From NCBI RefSeq assembly GCF_001194135.2, contig NC_068990.1, forward strand, positions 18,043,629 to 18,097,497: 53,869 bases of DNA, given 5' to 3'. Positions 49,451 through 53,869 of this stretch are shown here, in pieces. This DNA comes from Octopus bimaculoides. Its lineage: Eukaryota. The notes below the pieces were generated by a model. That model had not been told where the DNA came from. It worked only from the letters and a program-made list of their open reading frames with translations, and did not search any database. The translations under genes were made by a program, and so were the position numbers. Each line of letters starts with the position of its first letter. Position 1 is the stretch's first letter.

Positions 49451-50373
49451 GATAAAAAGTTTAAAAAATAACATCAACAGCAACAACAGCAACGCTCATT
49501 TCATAGTAGTGGTGGTGATGGCGATGATGTCAGTGATTATCTCGGTTACTTATGATGATGGACATACCAATGCGTTATTATTATTAGTATCATTATTATT
49601 ACTATTATCATTATTATTATGTTGGGTTGTTAATGTTAGTATGTGTGCGTGTGCTTAGAGGAAAGGAGGTGATGTTAGTTGTGATAGTAATAGACAAAAC
49701 GATAAAATTGCATACAAAAAAATAACCGCAATAAGCCGCAACACTACCAAAACACAAACGAATAAAATTATCAAATCTGAAAAAGAAAGAATAGAAAAAG
49801 GAAAACAAACGCAACATCTTATTTCATTGTCACTCGAAAAAAAAAAAAAAAAAAGAAAGCACACGAAACGAGAAACAAAAAACAACAAAAAACTCACACC
49901 ACGAAAGTACAAAACAAAACAAAACCTTTCTAACGCTGACTTCAACGTTGCCTTAGAAATATTCTTCTCTGAAGAAATGGTAAACAATACAAGAACGTAA
50001 TTTTTTTTGTTTTATATTTTTCTATTTTTCATTCTTTCTTTTTAACCCTCCTTCTATCTATCTATCTCTCTCACATACAGCAGTCCTGAAAAATCGATGC
50101 GGAAAGAAACACACACACATACACGCGCGCGCACACACAAATATATTCAGTATATATATATAGACATATTCATATATATATAAATATATATATGTATATA
50201 TTATATATATATATAGACATATTCATATATATATATATATGTATATATTATGTATATATAGACATATTCATATATATATATATATGGATGGATGTACACC
50301 TATACATATATATATACGTACTACACGCATGTACGTACATATATATATATAATTTATATACTACACATACGTA

Positions 50374-50425
<52 letters not shown>

Positions 50426-51179
50426 NNNNNNNNNNNNNNNNNNNNNNNNNNNNNNNNNNNNNNNNNNNNNNNNNNNNNNNNNNNNNNNNNNNNNNNNNNN
50501 NNNNNNNNNNNNNNNNNNNNNNNNNNNNNNNNNNNNNNNNNNNNNNNNNNNNNNNNNNNNNNNNNNNNNNNNNNNNNNNNNNNNNNNNNNNNNNNNNNNN
50601 NNNNNNNNNNNNNNNNNNNNNNNNNNNNNNNNNNNNNNNNNNNNNNNNNNNNNNNNNNNNNNNNNNNNNNNNNNNNNNNNNNNNNNNNNNNNNNNNNNNN
50701 NNNNNNNNNNNNNNNNNNNNNNNNNNNNNNNNNNNNNNNNNNNNNNNNNNNNNNNNNNNNNNNNNNNNNNNNNNNNNNNNNNNNNNNNNNNNNNNCAAAA
50801 AAAAAAAATCAACAACAAAAAAACAAAACGAAAAGCAAAACATAAAACAAAAAATGAAATAAGAACCCCCTTCCCAAATACAACAATAACAACAAAAAGA
50901 ACAGCAGCAGCAACAACAGCAATAACAACAACATTAAGATGAAAGGTAGCTTTAGTATTCTTCGTGTGTGCAGCTTTATAGCTTGCAGTGTTGCCTGTCT
51001 TAACTGACTGTATTTGTATTTTTAGTTGTATGTTTTTTATATTATTATTTTAATAAAATTTTTTGCTCTTTCGTTTTATATATATATATATATGTTTTGT
51101 ATTTCTTCACTTTGTCGTTAATATGAAAGCGATGTCAAAAGTATGATATTTTATGAGTATTGTATTCTGGTTGCTTGTT

Positions 51180-51242
51180 ATTATTTATTATTATTATTAT
51201 CATTATTATTATCATTATCATCATCATTATCATCATCGTTAC

Positions 51243-51305
<63 letters not shown>
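51180..51305. repeat. (ATT)n microsatellite
   Basis: Direct inspection. Confidence 0.95.
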
Positions 51306-51319
51306 TGTTGTTGTTGACG

Positions 51320-51491
51320 CAGGAAGCTGGCAGGATTGTTAGCGGCATTTTATCAAAATGCTTAGCGGCATATCGCCCGTCTTTACTTTCTGAGTTCAAA
51401 ATCTGCCGAGATCGACCTTTGCCCTTTCGAGATCGAAGAATTATGTAACAGTTGCGCACTGGGGTCGAATACATCGACTAGCAGCCCTCGC

Positions 51492-51528
<37 letters not shown>

Positions 51529-51550
51529 CAGGCCTTGTACTGGGATAAAT
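51320..51550 (+). mobile_element. SINE family B with internal poly-A run
   Basis: GCAGGAAGCTGGCAGGATTGTTAGC...GAGTTCAAAATCTGCC...; A-run at 51493-51525. Confidence 0.8.
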
Positions 51551-51559
51551 TAATCCTTA

Positions 51560-51990
51560 AGGTTAAACTTGAAGTCATCCATGAATAACCTTTTGTTAGC
51601 GACCCTTGATCTTATATGCTGCCTTAGCTTTCTTCAAAATCATTGTTAGTGGTGTCACGCACAGTACAAAAATCATCCCCATTGAAATATAATTCTCTTG
51701 ATTTGAATTGCCCCTAAGCCTCTCCATACTTTTCCTAAGGGATTGTTGGAAATTTGATTCACTACTAAAATAGATTCACACATTCTATGATGCAAGAAAG
51801 TGGGATCACATCGTAGACCTTGCGGTAATCAGCCCTTAGCATGGCCAAATCGTTTTCCTCTCCTTGCAATCCTTAAGTACTGTTTTGTCTATTAGAATTC
51901 GCTCCTTCCTATTTCTGCACATCACTCTTGCACACTTTGTGCCCACCTGGTAGAACCCCATTTTATTGAAGATACCCATACATTGACTTT
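51560..51990 (-). pseudogene. R4-clade RT core fragment, decayed
   Basis: ILIDKTVLKDCKERKT...DYRKVYDVIP(H)..IIECVNLF; FVLCVTPLTMILKKAKAAY; FMDDFK. Confidence 0.75.
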
Positions 51991-52039
51991 GTGATTATTC
52001 CAGTCAATAACTTTCGCATAAGAAGCAAGCATTATATCG

Positions 52040-52228
52040 GTCACCGTCGGACAAAATGGGTAACGGCATTTCGCCTGTCATTACGTACTGAGTTCAAATT
52101 CCTGCGAGGTTGAATTTTCCATTCATCTTTTCGAAGTCAATAAAAGAAGTTATAGTTGAGCACTGGGGTCGCTGTAATCGACTAGCAACCTCTCTATAAT
52201 CTCAGGTCTTGTGCCTATAGTAGAAAGG
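52040..52228 (+). mobile_element. SINE family B
   Basis: GAGTTCAAATTCCTGCGAGG...GTGCCTATAGTAGAAAGG-(ATT)n. Confidence 0.8.
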
Positions 52229-52235
52229 ATTATTA

Positions 52236-52306
<71 letters not shown>

Positions 52307-52310
52307 TATT

Positions 52311-53594
52311 GCCTTTGCACAGCTTCTAACGCTGGAGATGTACTACAGTGTCAGATGTTTACTACCAGTGAACTAAGGTAACTCTTCTAATTTTTCGAAC
52401 GCCTTCCGGAGTATTCGAGTTGTTCCAAGCAGTGCTGCTTTCTGCAAGTGCTCCACCTTATTGCAGCCCCTATTTGTTCCACATACTTCTCGAGATTTTT
52501 CTCACTGTTCCCAGGGCTCCACAATTATTGATACTACTACTACTTTTTCATCGACCACAACTGCTTAACTTCCCAAGCTAACCTGTCATATCTATCGACT
52601 TTTCTTTCTTCCTTATCGCATACTTTGTTGTCAGCTGAGTATGCTATATCTATGATCCAGCATAGTTTGTTTTCTTTCTCAATTAAAACTATGTCTGGCT
52701 TCCCATTCTCTATCTCATGGTCGCACTCAATCATAAAATCCCATAGGATCTTTGCATTTCTATTTTCGACGATGCCTTCAAGTTTGTGGTCGTACCAATT
52801 GTTTGCTCTGTTAAGTCCATACTTGTTGCAAAGTGTCCAATGGACAAGCCTGGCTATATTGTCGTGGCCTCTCATATTCCTTCTGTGCTAGTGGCGTACA
52901 TCGGCTGGTAATATGCCATACGGTTTCACCGTTTTGTCCACAAATTTTGTACTTATCACTTTCTGCTGTGTAGTCTATTCTGTATTCTATGTTGTTTGTT
53001 CTTAGTGCTTGCTCTTGGGCAGCACAGATTAGAACCTCCGTTTCCGGTTTTAAATCACTTTTAGTCATCCACAACCATCTTTTTTCTCTGTTTTATCTTC
53101 AACATCCCTATGAAATTGACCATGCATTATTTACTTTACCCACCTATTTTCAGTTTCATTCGTTTTCAATTTCTTGTATAGTGCTTTATCTTTGCAATCT
53201 TTCATCTTACACAAGCCTGACCTTCTTACTTTTAATAATAGCCGTTGTGTGGCATTTTTTTTACATACCATGCTATATTGTTTTCTTCTGCTCTAATGCT
53301 GTGTTCACATCCAATTAGTCATCTTCCCCCTCTTTTTCTTGGTACATACAGTCTGTCTGTGTCACTTTTTGGGTGGAGTGACCCATATCTAGTTAGCAAC
53401 TTCCTTGTCTTTCTGTCTAAGCTGTTTAGTTCGTCTACTGTCCATGCTCCATGTCTAAGCAGTGAAACTGCCCAGGTGTTGATAACTTCGATCTTATTTC
53501 GTCCGTTTAATTTCGACTTAAGGATCAGTCTCAGTCTGCGCAAGTACACCACCTTAAATTTTCCTGTCATTTCTTTCTCCATCAATTTATCCAT
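52311..53594 (-). mobile_element. 5'-truncated R4/Dong-clade retrotransposon with (AAT)n on both sides
   Basis: Frameshifted ORFs 53319-53594, 52811-53074 and 52540-52875: LILKSKLNGRNK, LHPKSDTDRLYVPRKRGGR, CAAQEQALRTN, RHDNIARLVHW, KPDIVLIEK..IIDIA (RLE). Short 3' UTR then (AAT)n at 52229-52310. Confidence 0.9.
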
Positions 53595-53614
53595 TTATTA
53601 TTATTATTATTATT

Positions 53615-53869
53615 TTATGTTTGACTTTTGTTTTGCATTTGTACAAGTTGGATCCAAGTCTCACCCAGAGACCTCAAGAGACAACAAGTTAGAAGTTCAT
53701 GTAGGTGTTATGCCTAGGGTACCATATATTTGGATTTGTACAGTTTTGTTCAAGTGAATGTTTAAGAAACCATAAGAAAATTATGTTTGCTTTAAAATTT
53801 GAGATCACATAGACAGTATTTTACGTAGGATATGGGCAGTTCCCATGAGCACTATCTTTTGGACTTCAG
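53615..53869 (-). mobile_element. 3' end of a second RLE-type retrotransposon family (continues past the window)
   Basis: EVQKIVLMGTAHILRKILSM* (stop at 53805-53807), about 190-nt UTR, then (AAT)n at 53595-53614. Confidence 0.8.

Noticed and set aside
53592-53594. ATG at the start of the R4 ORF suggesting a complete gene
   Set aside because: It falls at a 5' truncation junction in the middle of the RT thumb, and the downstream frames are broken.

Overview
AT-rich eukaryotic DNA with 10 N-gaps and very dense microsatellites and retroposons. The repeat repertoire (two tRNA-derived SINE families, RTE, R4/Dong, CR1-like and Penelope retroelements, mariner) looks like a coleoid cephalopod, probably Octopus; that assignment is inference from repeat content. 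I found no intact or recognisable host protein-coding gene, rRNA, tRNA or CRISPR array, so the window is most likely intergenic or part of a large intron. Almost all ORFs in the track are microsatellite or gap artefacts, and the rest are transposon pseudogenes. Best-supported items: (1) a full-length Hsmar1-like mariner nested in an R4-clade retrotransposon, whose removal restores the host reading frame; (2) restriction-like-endonuclease (RLE) retrotransposons sitting in (AAT)n tracts, chained to each other and to SINE tails; (3) a fold-back rearrangement of a CR1-like LINE that creates long inverted arms; (4) a perfect 28-bp hairpin bounded by TTAA; (5) a hammerhead-ribozyme catalytic core relic; (6) a Helitron-like 3' terminus. 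None of these amounts to a demonstrated new biological system. Repeat boundaries are approximate unless a TSD or TIR is quoted.
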